From Thermovirgaceae bacterium (GTDB taxonomy: Bacteria; Synergistota; Synergistia; Synergistales; Thermovirgaceae), in NCBI GenBank assembly GCA_040767805.1, contig JAXGNU010000006.1, forward strand, positions 1-64,000: a stretch of DNA of 64,000 nt. The letters run 5' to 3'. Position 1 is the first letter of the stretch; each line of letters starts with the position of its first letter. The translations under genes and the position numbers were made by a program. Of the stretch, positions 36,624 to 46,326 are shown in pieces. The notes beneath the pieces were generated by a model. It saw only the letters and a program-made list of their open reading frames with translations. It was not told the DNA's origin and ran no database searches.

Positions 36624-38273
36624 TTGTTCTCTTCTCATAGAAAGAACCTGCTGTTCCTCCTGGCCCTCGTATCAATTCTGTACCTCGTAGCCCTCGGGAG
36701 TCACGGTCTGCTCGACCCCGACGAGGGACGTTACTCGGAGATCCCCAGGGAGATGCTCGAGAGCGGCGACTTCATCACCCCCCGCCTGAACTACGTGGCC
36801 TACTTTGAAAAGCCGGTCCTCCACTACTGGCTCACGGCCCTCTCCTTCAAGGTGCTGGGGCAGAACGAGTTCGCCGCCCGGTTCTTCCCGGCCGTACTGG
36901 CCATGGCAGGGGTGATGGTCACCTACTGGCTGGCGGACAGGATGAACGGCCCCAGGGCGGCCTTCCTGTCGGCCTGGGTCCTAGCCACCTCGCTGGTGTA
37001 CTTCGCCGTGGGGCAGATCAACATCACCGATATGCCCCTTTCCTTCTTCATGACACTGTCGATGGCCGGCTTTTGGATGGGCTACAGGCGGGACAGGAGG
37101 TACTTCGCCCTGTTCTACCTGGGAATGGCCCTGGCCCTGTTGACCAAGGGCCTGGTGGGCGTGGTGCTGCCCGCGGGGGTCGCTTTCTGGTGGATCGTGC
37201 TGACCCGCAAATGGGAGGTCACCAGGGAGGCGCTCTACCTTCCGGGCATAGCGCTCTTTTTCCTTGTGGCGGCGCCGTGGTACGTCCTCGTCTGCCTGAA
37301 GAACCCGGACTTTTTCCACTTCTTCTTCGTACAGGAGCACTTCCTCCGTTACACGACCAGGATGCACGGCCGTTTCGAGCCCTGGTGGTGGTTCATACCG
37401 ATAATCATCGTGGGCTCCATCCCCTGGGCCGGCTTCCTCCCCGGGGCGATAAGCGCTTCGCTGCCCTCGTCGGCCTCCAGCCCCACCCGCCAGGACCGGG
37501 GGAGGATCTTCCTCCTGCTCTGGTTCGGCGTCATCTTCCTTTTCTTCTCCCTTTCCAGTTCCAAACTTATTCCCTACATCGTACCGGCGATGCCCCCCCT
37601 GGCCATCATGACGGGCTCCTTCCTCGACCTCCACATGGACAGGGGCAAGAGCAGGACCCTGGGGGTGGGGCTGCTCCTGAACAGCCTGGTGCTGGCGACC
37701 TTCGGGGTGGCGGCCGCCGCCTACCCTTTCCTCGACCAACGGTACGGCAAAGAGCTGCTGCCCTTCGTGGCACCCGTGGCGGCGGTGCTGATTCTGCTGG
37801 TGATCCTCTCCTGGGCCTACTACCTGAAAGGGGAGTCCCGGAAGGTGGTGCTGGCCCTCTGCGTTTTCGCCTTTTTGAACATAGCGACCTTCAAGAATGT
37901 CTTCGGCTTCTACGACAGGATCATGAGCGCCAGGGACCTGGCATCGGCCATAAGGAGCCACGCTCGCCCGGAGGACGTAGTCGCCCAGTACCGGGATTAC
38001 GACCAAGGGCTTCCCTTCTACCTGAAGAGGAGGATCGTCCTGGTGGACTGGAGGGGCGAACTGGAGTTCGGTTCCGGACGGGGCGACCAGTCGGACTGGT
38101 TCCTCGACGAGAAAGGGTTCCTCCAACGATATTGGACCTCGGGCGAGAGGGTCCTGCTGGTGATGCGGGACGAACAGGACACCGCCTTTCTCGAGGAGAC
38201 CGGGACCATACCGCTGGTCCTGGGGCGGGCCGGGGATAAAATGCTGGTCACAAACAAGGGAGATGAACCGTGA
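36624..38273 (+). CDS. arnT: L-Ara4N transferase (ArnT, GT-C fold)
   Basis: 'DPDEGRYSEIPREM', 'EKPVLHYW', 'LTKG', 'SKLIPYI'. Confidence 0.9.
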   Translation: MFSSHRKNLLFLLALVSILYLVALGSHGLLDPDEGRYSEIPREMLESGDFITPRLNYVAYFEKPVLHYWLTALSFKVLGQNEFAARFFPAVLAMAGVMVTYWLADRMNGPRAAFLSAWVLATSLVYFAVGQINITDMPLSFFMTLSMAGFWMGYRRDRRYFALFYLGMALALLTKGLVGVVLPAGVAFWWIVLTRKWEVTREALYLPGIALFFLVAAPWYVLVCLKNPDFFHFFFVQEHFLRYTTRMHGRFEPWWWFIPIIIVGSIPWAGFLPGAISASLPSSASSPTRQDRGRIFLLLWFGVIFLFFSLSSSKLIPYIVPAMPPLAIMTGSFLDLHMDRGKSRTLGVGLLLNSLVLATFGVAAAAYPFLDQRYGKELLPFVAPVAAVLILLVILSWAYYLKGESRKVVLALCVFAFLNIATFKNVFGFYDRIMSARDLASAIRSHARPEDVVAQYRDYDQGLPFYLKRRIVLVDWRGELEFGSGRGDQSDWFLDEKGFLQRYWTSGERVLLVMRDEQDTAFLEETGTIPLVLGRAGDKMLVTNKGDEP

Positions 38274-38275
38274 CT

Positions 38276-39439
38276 ATGAGAGAGACCTTCCTGCCCTTCG
38301 CGAAACCTGACATCAGCGAGGAAGCCATAGCCGACGTGGCGGATTCGCTGAGGTCGGGGTGGATCACCACCGGGCCCAAGGCGCTGAAATTCGAGAAGTC
38401 CTTCGGGGAGTACCTCGGCGTGCCCTACGCCCTGGCGGTGAACTCGGCCACGGCGGGGCTTCACCTGTCGCTGCTCGCCTTCGGCATCGGGCCCGGCGAC
38501 GAGGTCATAACGACGCCCATGACCTTCGCGGCGACGGCCAACACGGTGATACTGACCGGCGCCAGGCCCGTGCTGGCCGATATCGACCCCGTGACGTTCA
38601 ACATCAGGCCCGAACTGGTGAAAAAGGCCCTCACCCCGAGGACGAAGGCCCTCATCCCGGTGCACTTCGCGGGGCGCCCCTGCGAGATGGAGGCCCTCGA
38701 GGAGATCGCCGAGAAGAACGGCCTCGTCATCATCGAGGACGCCGCCCACGCCCTGGGGGCGTCCCGACAGGGGAGGCCCATCGGCTCCCCGGCGCGGCAG
38801 AGGCAGGCCGCCGTCTTCAGCTTCCACCCGACGAAGAACATCACCACCGGGGAGGGGGGCATGGTCTGCACCGCCTGCGAGGACGCAGCCGAGAGGGTCT
38901 CCGTCCTCAGGCAGCACGGGATGAGCAAGGGTGCCTGGAACCGCTACGCCGCCACGGGGACCCCCCACTACGACCTGCTCTTCCCGGGCCTGAAGTACAA
39001 CATGCTCGACATCCAGGCCGCCATCGGTAACGACCAGCTGACCCGGCTGGCTTCCTTCAACGCCCGGAGGCGGGAGATAGTGAGTATGTACAGGAAGGGG
39101 CTGGAGGGCCTGCCGGGCCTCGCCCTGCCACCCGAACCCGCCCAGGGGGACGTCCACTCCTGGCACATCCTCACCCCCCTCATCGATATTGACTTCCTGG
39201 GCTTCTCCCGGGACGAGTTCATGGCCAGGATGAGGGAGTTGAACATCGGGACGGCCCTTCACTACCAGGCGCTGCACCTCTTCTCCTACTACGGGAGGGA
39301 GTACGGCTGGAAGAGGGGCGACTTCCCCGGCGCGGAGTTCGTCAGCGACAGGATAGTGTCGATACCGCTCTTCCCGGCCATGACCGACGACGACGTGGCC
39401 GACGTGATCGAGGCGATCCGGCGGGTCTGCGGGAGGTGA
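38276..39439 (+). CDS. arnB: UDP-4-amino-4-deoxy-L-arabinose aminotransferase
   Basis: 'SGWITTGP', 'IEDAAHA', 'FSFHPTKNITTGEGG'. Confidence 0.88.
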   Translation: MRETFLPFAKPDISEEAIADVADSLRSGWITTGPKALKFEKSFGEYLGVPYALAVNSATAGLHLSLLAFGIGPGDEVITTPMTFAATANTVILTGARPVLADIDPVTFNIRPELVKKALTPRTKALIPVHFAGRPCEMEALEEIAEKNGLVIIEDAAHALGASRQGRPIGSPARQRQAAVFSFHPTKNITTGEGGMVCTACEDAAERVSVLRQHGMSKGAWNRYAATGTPHYDLLFPGLKYNMLDIQAAIGNDQLTRLASFNARRREIVSMYRKGLEGLPGLALPPEPAQGDVHSWHILTPLIDIDFLGFSRDEFMARMRELNIGTALHYQALHLFSYYGREYGWKRGDFPGAEFVSDRIVSIPLFPAMTDDDVADVIEAIRRVCGR

Positions 39440-40395
39440 GAGGGTCCTTGGAGAAGGCATCCCTGGACGTTTCGGTGGTGATACCAGTCTTCAACGAGGA
39501 GGAGTCCCTCCCCGGCCTTTTCGAAAGGCTTTTCCCCGTCATGGAGGGGCTGGGCAAGAGCTGGGAGGTGGTCTTCGTCAACGACGGGAGCAGGGACCGT
39601 TCCCTGGCCCTGCTGCTCGGCGAGGTCGACCGGCACCCCGGCTCCGTCAGGGTGGTGGACTTCAACGGCAACTTCGGCCAGCACATGGCCATCATGGCGG
39701 GGTTTTCCGTATCGAGGGGCGGCGCCGTGGTGACCATGGACGCAGACCTGCAGAACCCCCCCGAGGAGATACCCAGGCTCCTGGAGAGGATGGACGCCGG
39801 CCACGACGTGGTGGGGACCATCCGGTCCACCAGGAAGGACCCCCTCTTCAGGAAGTTCGCCTCGAAGGTCGTCAACAGGGTCACCAACAGGATAACGGGG
39901 CTGAACCTCCACGATTACGGCTGCATGCTGCGTGCCTACAGCCGGCGGGTGGTGGACCTCATCAACAGCTGTCCCGAGTCGACCACCTTCATCCCGGCCC
40001 TGGCCCAGAAGTTCGCCCTCAACCCGACAGAGATAGAGGTGGGGCACTCCGAGAGGGAGCTGGGGACCTCGAAGTACAGTCTCTTCAGGCTCATTAGGCT
40101 GAACTTCGACCTGATGACGGGTTTTTCCCTGGTGCCGCTCCAGGCCGTCACGATGCTGGGGCTCCTGATCGCGGGGCTGAGCTTCGTCTTCTCCATTTAC
40201 ATGGTCCTTAGGAGGCTCATCGTGGGGCCCGAAGCGGAAGGCCTTTTCACCCTTATGACGATAAACTTCTTCCTCATGGGGGTCACCATGTTCTGCGTCG
40301 GCATCGCCGGGGAGTACATCGGCCGGATCTTCCAGGAGATACGCAAACGCCCCCGGTTCCTGGTGAACAGGATCTACGGCGATGAGGAAGAGTGA
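39436..40395 (+). CDS. arnC: Undecaprenyl-P Ara4FN transferase (GT2)
   Basis: 'VNDGSRD', 'NFGQHMAIMAGF', 'DADLQNPPEEIP', 'DYGCMLRAY'. Confidence 0.9.
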   Translation: MRGSLEKASLDVSVVIPVFNEEESLPGLFERLFPVMEGLGKSWEVVFVNDGSRDRSLALLLGEVDRHPGSVRVVDFNGNFGQHMAIMAGFSVSRGGAVVTMDADLQNPPEEIPRLLERMDAGHDVVGTIRSTRKDPLFRKFASKVVNRVTNRITGLNLHDYGCMLRAYSRRVVDLINSCPESTTFIPALAQKFALNPTEIEVGHSERELGTSKYSLFRLIRLNFDLMTGFSLVPLQAVTMLGLLIAGLSFVFSIYMVLRRLIVGPEAEGLFTLMTINFFLMGVTMFCVGIAGEYIGRIFQEIRKRPRFLVNRIYGDEEE

Positions 40396-41251
40396 AAGAC
40401 CGAGGACCGTCGTCTTCGCTTACAGCGAGGTGGGGCACCGTTGCCTCAAGGCGCTGATGGGCCTGGGAGCCGATATAAGGGGCGTCTTCACCTACGAGGA
40501 CGACAGGAACGAGAACACCTGGTTCAGCTCCGTGAAGGACCTGGCCGTGGCGGGCGGCATCCCCGTATTTACCCCCCGCGGCCTCGGCGATGGGCGCGCG
40601 GCGGCCCTCGTGGAGAGCCTGGAGCCGGAGGTGCTTTTCTCCTTCTACTACCGCGACCTCATCCCGGCAGCCATCCTCGCCATGCCCCGCCTGGGGGCCT
40701 TCAACATGCACGGTTCCCTGCTTCCCAGGTACCGGGGGAGGGCCTGCGTGAACTGGGCCATAATCCACGGGGAGACCGAGACGGGGGCCACCCTTCACTG
40801 GATGACGCCCCGCCCCGACGAGGGGGACATCGTCGACCAGGAGAGGGTACCCATCGGTGAGAAGGACACCGCCCTGGATGTGATGCTGAAGGTGGCCGAT
40901 GCCGCCGAGAAGGTGCTCACCCGGAGCCTCCCCCTCATCGAGGCCGGGAAGGCCCCCAGGATACCCCAGGACGGATCGAAGGCCACCTACTTCGGCGGGA
41001 GGAGGCCCGAGGACGGGCTCATCGACTGGGGCGCGCCGGCGAGGGATATCTGCAACCTGGTGAGGGCCGTCACCCGCCCCTACCCAGGCGCCTTCACCTT
41101 CCTGGACGGGCGGAAGGTATTCATCTGGAAGGCGACTCCCCTTGACGAAGATACCGGGGCCGCCCCCGGCACGGTGGTGGGGCGGGAGCCGCTGGTCATC
41201 GCCGCCGACAAGGGTGCCGTAAGAGTGGAGGAATGGGAACAAAAGCCGTAA
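40382..41251 (+). CDS. arnA: UDP-Ara4N formyltransferase (stand-alone ArnA N-domain)
   Basis: 'FSFYYR', 'NMHGSLLPRYRGRA', 'VRAVTRPYPGAF'. Confidence 0.88.
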   Translation: MRKSERPRTVVFAYSEVGHRCLKALMGLGADIRGVFTYEDDRNENTWFSSVKDLAVAGGIPVFTPRGLGDGRAAALVESLEPEVLFSFYYRDLIPAAILAMPRLGAFNMHGSLLPRYRGRACVNWAIIHGETETGATLHWMTPRPDEGDIVDQERVPIGEKDTALDVMLKVADAAEKVLTRSLPLIEAGKAPRIPQDGSKATYFGGRRPEDGLIDWGAPARDICNLVRAVTRPYPGAFTFLDGRKVFIWKATPLDEDTGAAPGTVVGREPLVIAADKGAVRVEEWEQKP

Positions 41252-41470
41252 ATCATGAATCGTAAATCGGGAATCGTAAGGTCAAAAGCGTAAACGGCAA
41301 TAGCAAACTTCAAAACCAGGGCAAAGGTGAAAGGTATGAGTTCTTCTTTTTCGTCTTTTCTAACACCTCACGCTCTTAAGGTTTTGCCTTGCCCTTTCGA
41401 CTCATGACTCACGATTCACGATTCACGGTTCACGGTTCACGATTTACGATTTACGATTCACGATTCACGA
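41246..41470. repeat. Fold-back cassette: forward heptamers (41246-41279), purine-rich then pyrimidine-rich core, about 10 reverse heptamers (41398-41470)
   Basis: (TCGTGAA)n ... (TTCACGA)n visible directly. Confidence 0.9.
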
Positions 41471-41487
41471 GAACAGGGAGGTTTTTT

Positions 41488-42510
41488 GTGAAGATACTCA
41501 TCCTCGGCGCCAACGGCTTTATCGGCTCCCACCTCTGTGAGCGGCTGCTCGACCACACGGACTGGGAGATCACCGCCTTCGACATCAACGACTTCAACCT
41601 CGGCAAGTGCCTGGGGAAGGACCGCTTTTCCTTCCGCAAGGGCGATTTCTACACCGACGACGAGTGGATCGAGGGGGCCCTCGGGGAGAGCGACGCCGTG
41701 CTTCCCCTGGTGGGGGTGGCCAAGCCAGCTTTCTACATCACCAACCCGGTGATGACCTTCCACCTCGACTTCGAGGCCAACCTGAAGATCGTCCGGATGT
41801 GCGTGAGGCGCGACAAGCGGGTGATCTTCCCCTCGACCTCCGAGGTCTACGGCATGAGCACCGACACGGAACTGAAAGAGGACGAGAGCCCCATCATCCT
41901 GGGGCCGGTGAGCAAGTCGCGGTGGATCTACAGCTGCAGCAAGCAGATGATGGACAGGGTGATCGCCGCCTACGGCCAGGAGGAGGGCCTGCGCTATACC
42001 CTCTTCAGGCCCTTCAACTGGATAGGGCCGCGGCTGGACACCTTCAGGGACGCCGAGGGCAGGAAGGCCCGGTCGATAACCCAGATCCTTTATGACGTGA
42101 CCCACGGGAGGGACGTCTCCCTCGTGGGCGGCGGGCGCCAGAGGAGGAGTTTCACCTGGGTGGGCGACGGCGTCGAAGCCCTCGAGGCCGTCATCAGGAA
42201 CGAAGGGGGCCGCGCCGACGGCGAGATCTTCAACATCGGCAACCCCAAGAACAACGCCTCCATCAGGGAACTGGCCCTCCTCGTCATCGAGGCCCTGAAG
42301 CCCCACCCGAAGTACGGGCCGCTGGCGGAAAGGGCGAGGCTCGTCGAGATTGACTCCAGGGACTACTACGGCAAGGGCTACGAGGACGTGCTCAACCGGG
42401 TGCCGTCGGTGGAAAAGGCCAACCTGCTCCTGGGCTGGAAACCCCGGACCACCCTCGAGGAGGCCGTGAGGATGACCGTCGAGGAGACCCTCGCCGAGCA
42501 GGGGCTTTAA
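41488..42510 (+). CDS. arnA: UDP-glucuronate oxidase/decarboxylase (stand-alone ArnA C-domain)
   Basis: 'ILGANGFIG', 'FPSTSEVYG', 'RWIYSCSKQ', 'FRPFNWIGPRLD'; GTG start after GGGAGG. Confidence 0.9.
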   Translation: MKILILGANGFIGSHLCERLLDHTDWEITAFDINDFNLGKCLGKDRFSFRKGDFYTDDEWIEGALGESDAVLPLVGVAKPAFYITNPVMTFHLDFEANLKIVRMCVRRDKRVIFPSTSEVYGMSTDTELKEDESPIILGPVSKSRWIYSCSKQMMDRVIAAYGQEEGLRYTLFRPFNWIGPRLDTFRDAEGRKARSITQILYDVTHGRDVSLVGGGRQRRSFTWVGDGVEALEAVIRNEGGRADGEIFNIGNPKNNASIRELALLVIEALKPHPKYGPLAERARLVEIDSRDYYGKGYEDVLNRVPSVEKANLLLGWKPRTTLEEAVRMTVEETLAEQGL

Positions 42511-42548
42511 AAAACAGGGTATTAACCTTTTCACCGGGAGGTGCGGCC

Positions 42549-43931
42549 ATGAATGTGCCGTCTCACATCTTCAGGGAGTACGACATAAGGGGCAACGCCG
42601 ACGAGGAATTGACCAGCGAGATCGTGAAGGCCATCGGCCTAGCCTACGGAACCTTCCTCAACCGGGAGGGGGTGAGGAAGATCACCGTGGGCGGCGACGT
42701 CCGCCTCTCAACGGAGAGGATCAGGGGTGACATCATCCAGGGGGTGACCTCCGCCGGCGTGGACGTGATCGACATAGGCATGGTCACATCGCCGCTGCTC
42801 TACTGGAGCCTCTTCCACCTTGACCTGGACGGGGCCGTCATGATCACCGGGAGCCATAACCCGAAGGAGTTCAACGGGCTCAAGCTGGCCTTCGGCAAGA
42901 CCACCCTCTACGGCGACCAGATCCAGGAGATCCGGAGGATGATCGCCGCCGACGACCTGGTCACGGCGGGGCAAAGGGGCTTTGTCACGAAGATGGACCT
43001 TTCCGGTGAGTACCTGGCGATGCTGGAGTCCAAGATCAGCCTCGGGGGAAGGAAGCTCAAGGTGGTCACCGATTCGGGTAACGCCACGGCGGGCCCCCTG
43101 GTCAACCGCTTCCTCAGGGAGATCGGGTGCGAGGTGACCCCCCTCTTCGAGGAACCCGACGGGACCTTCCCGAACCACCACCCCGACCCGACGAAGCGGG
43201 AGTACCTGCAGGACCTCATCGAGACCGTCCGGAGGGAGAAGGCCGACGTGGGCCTGGGCTTCGACGGCGATGCCGACCGCATAGGCGTCATCGATGACCG
43301 GGGAGAGATCGTCTGGGGCGACATCCTGATGATCCTCTTCTGGCGGGAGATCCTGCCCCGGCACCCGGGGGCGGAGGCCATCGTCGAGGTCAAGAGCTCC
43401 CAGGCGCTGGTGGACGAGATAAAGCGCCTGGGGGGGAAGGTGGTCTGGTGGAAGTCGGGGCACTCCCTGATAAAGGCAAAGATGAAGGAGATCGACGCCC
43501 TCTTCTCCGGCGAGGTGTCGGGGCACATGTTCTTCGCCGACGAGTTCTGGGGCTTCGACGACGCCTTCTACGCCGCGGGGAGGCTTTTAAGGATACTCTC
43601 CGCCACGGGCCGGAAGCTGTCGGAACTGCTCGAGGACGTGCCGGTCTACCACAGCACGGCGGAGACCCGCGTGGCCTGCCCCGACGAACGGAAGTTCGAC
43701 GTGATCGACCATATCCGGGACAACGCCCTCAAGGACCACGAGGCCATCACCGTGGACGGCGTGAGGATCCTCTACCCCAGGGGTTGGGGGCTCGTCCGGG
43801 CGTCGAACACCCAGCCCGTCATCGTCGCCCGGGCGGAGGGCAAATCGGAAGGGGACCTGGCGGAGTACTCGGCGGACCTGAAGAGAAGGATCCTGGAGGC
43901 CGGCGTGGAGGACTTCGACTGGGAATACTGA
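42549..43931 (+). CDS. Phosphomannomutase/phosphoglucomutase
   Basis: 'FREYDIRG', 'TGSHNP', 'FDGDADR', 'GEVSGH', 'VRASNT'. Confidence 0.94.
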   Translation: MNVPSHIFREYDIRGNADEELTSEIVKAIGLAYGTFLNREGVRKITVGGDVRLSTERIRGDIIQGVTSAGVDVIDIGMVTSPLLYWSLFHLDLDGAVMITGSHNPKEFNGLKLAFGKTTLYGDQIQEIRRMIAADDLVTAGQRGFVTKMDLSGEYLAMLESKISLGGRKLKVVTDSGNATAGPLVNRFLREIGCEVTPLFEEPDGTFPNHHPDPTKREYLQDLIETVRREKADVGLGFDGDADRIGVIDDRGEIVWGDILMILFWREILPRHPGAEAIVEVKSSQALVDEIKRLGGKVVWWKSGHSLIKAKMKEIDALFSGEVSGHMFFADEFWGFDDAFYAAGRLLRILSATGRKLSELLEDVPVYHSTAETRVACPDERKFDVIDHIRDNALKDHEAITVDGVRILYPRGWGLVRASNTQPVIVARAEGKSEGDLAEYSADLKRRILEAGVEDFDWEY

Positions 43932-43939
43932 CCCGTAGG

Positions 43940-44941
43940 TCAGGACCTCATGGACTCCAGCGTCCGGGTGAGGCCCTCCTCCAGGGTGTAGCGGGGTTCG
44001 AAACCCAGGATGGCCCCGGCCAGGGCGATGTCGGCCTGGGAGTGCCTTATGTCCCCCTCCCTCTCCGGCTCGTACCGGGGCTCCACGCCGTCACCCGCCT
44101 TCCCCGACGCCGCGCGGAGCGCCGAGAGGAGTTCGACCAGCGACACGGCCCGCCCCGTCCCGATGTTGAAGAGGGAGGCTCCGCCCTTGGGATCCTCCCG
44201 CAGGGCGGCGAGGATGTTGGCCTGCACCACGTCATCGACGTAGATGAAGTCCCTCGTGGTTTTCCCGTCGCCGTAGACCACCGGCGTTTTTCCCTCCAGT
44301 ATGCACCGGGTCCAGGTGGTTATGACCCCCGAGTAGGGGCTCCCCGGGTCCTGCCTCGGCCCGAAGACGTTCATGTACCGGAGGCCGGTGGTTCTCATGC
44401 CGCCGGAAAGCACCGAGGCGTAGAGTTCGTTCGCCCGCTTGGCGACGGCGTAGGGTGAGAAGGGGCTTAGAGGGGCGTCCTCCCCTATGGGCCCCTCGGG
44501 CTGGCGCCCGTAGACCGCCGCGGAGGAGGCGAAGACGAAGGAGCGCACCCCCGCGTCCTGGGCCGCCGTGAGCATGTTGAGGAAACCCGTGATGTTGCAG
44601 GAGTTGTTCATGTGGGGTTCCTGGAAGGACCGGGGCACCGACACGAGGGCCGCGTGGTGGAGGACGACGTCGGCACCGCGGCAGGCCTCCCTACACTGCT
44701 CCATGTCCCTTATGTCGCCCTTGATGAGGCGGAAGGAGGGGTCATGACCGGAAGAATGCCGGCAGGCCTCCTCGAGGTTCGACTCCCTCCCGGTGAGGAA
44801 GTTGTCGAGGACGACGACGCGCTGCCCCAGGGCTAGGAGGGCATCGGCGAGGTGGGAGCCGATGAAACCGGCGCCGCCGGTCACGACCCACCTCAACGGC
44901 GTAGAGGGAAGACTCTCGCGAAGCTCTTCGTACCTGGACAT
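43940..44941 (-). CDS. NAD-dependent UDP-sugar 4-epimerase (WbpP-like SDR)
   Basis: TGGAGFIGS, 'SPYAVAK', 'NVFGPRQDP'. Confidence 0.88.
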   Translation of the reverse strand: MSRYEELRESLPSTPLRWVVTGGAGFIGSHLADALLALGQRVVVLDNFLTGRESNLEEACRHSSGHDPSFRLIKGDIRDMEQCREACRGADVVLHHAALVSVPRSFQEPHMNNSCNITGFLNMLTAAQDAGVRSFVFASSAAVYGRQPEGPIGEDAPLSPFSPYAVAKRANELYASVLSGGMRTTGLRYMNVFGPRQDPGSPYSGVITTWTRCILEGKTPVVYGDGKTTRDFIYVDDVVQANILAALREDPKGGASLFNIGTGRAVSLVELLSALRAASGKAGDGVEPRYEPEREGDIRHSQADIALAGAILGFEPRYTLEEGLTRTLESMRS

Positions 44942-44978
44942 GGCTCACCTCCACCGATAGGCCCTGCCTGGTGGAATT

Positions 44979-46121
44979 CTATTCGAAAGTGATATTTAAT
45001 ACAACTACCTCGGGTCGGCTCGAGGTCCTTATCGGCGGCCCCCAGGCGCCGACGCCGCAGGAAACGTAAAAGAGGGTGCCGCCCCTTTCGTGGAAGCCCC
45101 AGTCCTGCTCGAACAACCTCGATGTGACGAGGTTGAAGGGCCAGAGCTGCCCCCGGTGGGTATGGCCGGAGACCTGGAGGGCCACGCCGGCTTCCTCCGC
45201 CTCGCCGAGGTCGTTGGGGGTGTGGTCCATCACGATCACCGGGAGGTCCCCGCCGACGCCCTCGATGGATCCAAGGGGCCTCCGGGCCGACCCGAGCAGG
45301 GAGGAGGCGCGGTCATCGCGGCCCACCAGGGTAAAGGCCCCATCGACCACAACCGATCGGTCCCTCAGGACGGTCACGCCGCCCTCGGTGAAGGAGCGGG
45401 CCGCCTCTTCGGCCCCGGAGTAGAATTCGTGGTTGCCGAGGACGGCGAAAACACCCAGGGGCGCCGACAATTTTTCCAGTTGCCCCGAAAGGTCCTCCTC
45501 CTGGGCACGGGTGACATCGGAGTCGACGATGTCCCCCACTAGGAGCACCACGTCGGGGCTGGTCGAGTTGACGATCCCGATCATGTCAGCCAGCCAGTGG
45601 TTCCTCACCAGGAGGCCCACGTGGAGGTCCGAAGCCACGGCCACCCGCAGGGGGGCCTCCCTGGGTGTCCCCCTTAGGGCCAGGTCATACTCCCTCACCA
45701 CGGGGTTTCGGGCGTTCCACCGCCCCGCCGTGACGACGGCCGCCGACAGGAGGAGGACCCCCCAGAAAGCGGCCAGGGCCGCCCGGCCCCCGGTGAGGGA
45801 GCGCGGTATGACCCTGACCCAGTGGTCGGCCAGCCGGAGGGCATCGACAAGGACCAGGAGAAGGAGGACGTAGACCATGAAGCCCAGGTACCATGATCCC
45901 AGGATGGTGAGCTGGTCCGTCAGGGCGCAGCGGCAGAAGGCGCCGCCGATCCTCCCCGCCGGGAAGGCCGCCGCGAGGACCCAGAAAACGATGACGACGG
46001 GCGCCTTGAAGGCCCCGAGGTAGGGGACGACCCTGGCGAGGTGAAACCATATGAAGAGGTTGGCCGCCCCGTAGACGCCCAGGGCGATGCCGAAAAAGGA
46101 AAGGAACGGGGAAAACCGCAT
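44979..46121 (-). CDS. Membrane-anchored metallophosphoesterase
   Basis: SDLH, GDIVD, GNHE, 'SGHTHRGQ'; N-terminal TM helices. Confidence 0.9.
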   Translation of the reverse strand: MRFSPFLSFFGIALGVYGAANLFIWFHLARVVPYLGAFKAPVVIVFWVLAAAFPAGRIGGAFCRCALTDQLTILGSWYLGFMVYVLLLLVLVDALRLADHWVRVIPRSLTGGRAALAAFWGVLLLSAAVVTAGRWNARNPVVREYDLALRGTPREAPLRVAVASDLHVGLLVRNHWLADMIGIVNSTSPDVVLLVGDIVDSDVTRAQEEDLSGQLEKLSAPLGVFAVLGNHEFYSGAEEAARSFTEGGVTVLRDRSVVVDGAFTLVGRDDRASSLLGSARRPLGSIEGVGGDLPVIVMDHTPNDLGEAEEAGVALQVSGHTHRGQLWPFNLVTSRLFEQDWGFHERGGTLFYVSCGVGAWGPPIRTSSRPEVVVLNITFE

Positions 46122-46163
46122 GGAACCTCCTTCAGGTGAACCCTCAGTTACCGATCATAAGCC

Positions 46164-46191
46164 GTAGGGGGCGGTTCGTAAACCGCCCCGC
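46164..46191 (+). repeat. GTAG-type REP-like palindrome
   Basis: GTAG then GGGGCGGTT-CGTA-AACCGCCCC hairpin; single copy in window. Confidence 0.45.
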
Positions 46192-46326
46192 GGGGGCCCT
46201 TCGAGGTTTACGGCAGGGGGATTACCATCTAGGATTCAAGGGAGGGAGCGGCCCCGGGGGCCGGCCGTGTCACCATGGAAGCGGAGAACGCCCGGGGTCG
46301 GACCCCGGGCGAAAGGGGGAGTTACG

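Noticed and set aside
41389..41487. N-terminal 'DSRFT' repeat extension of the ArnA C-domain, and similar small ORFs at 14.6-14.9 and 21.4-21.7 kb
   Set aside because: Translations of the heptamer arrays; the real start is the GTG at 41488 with its own RBS
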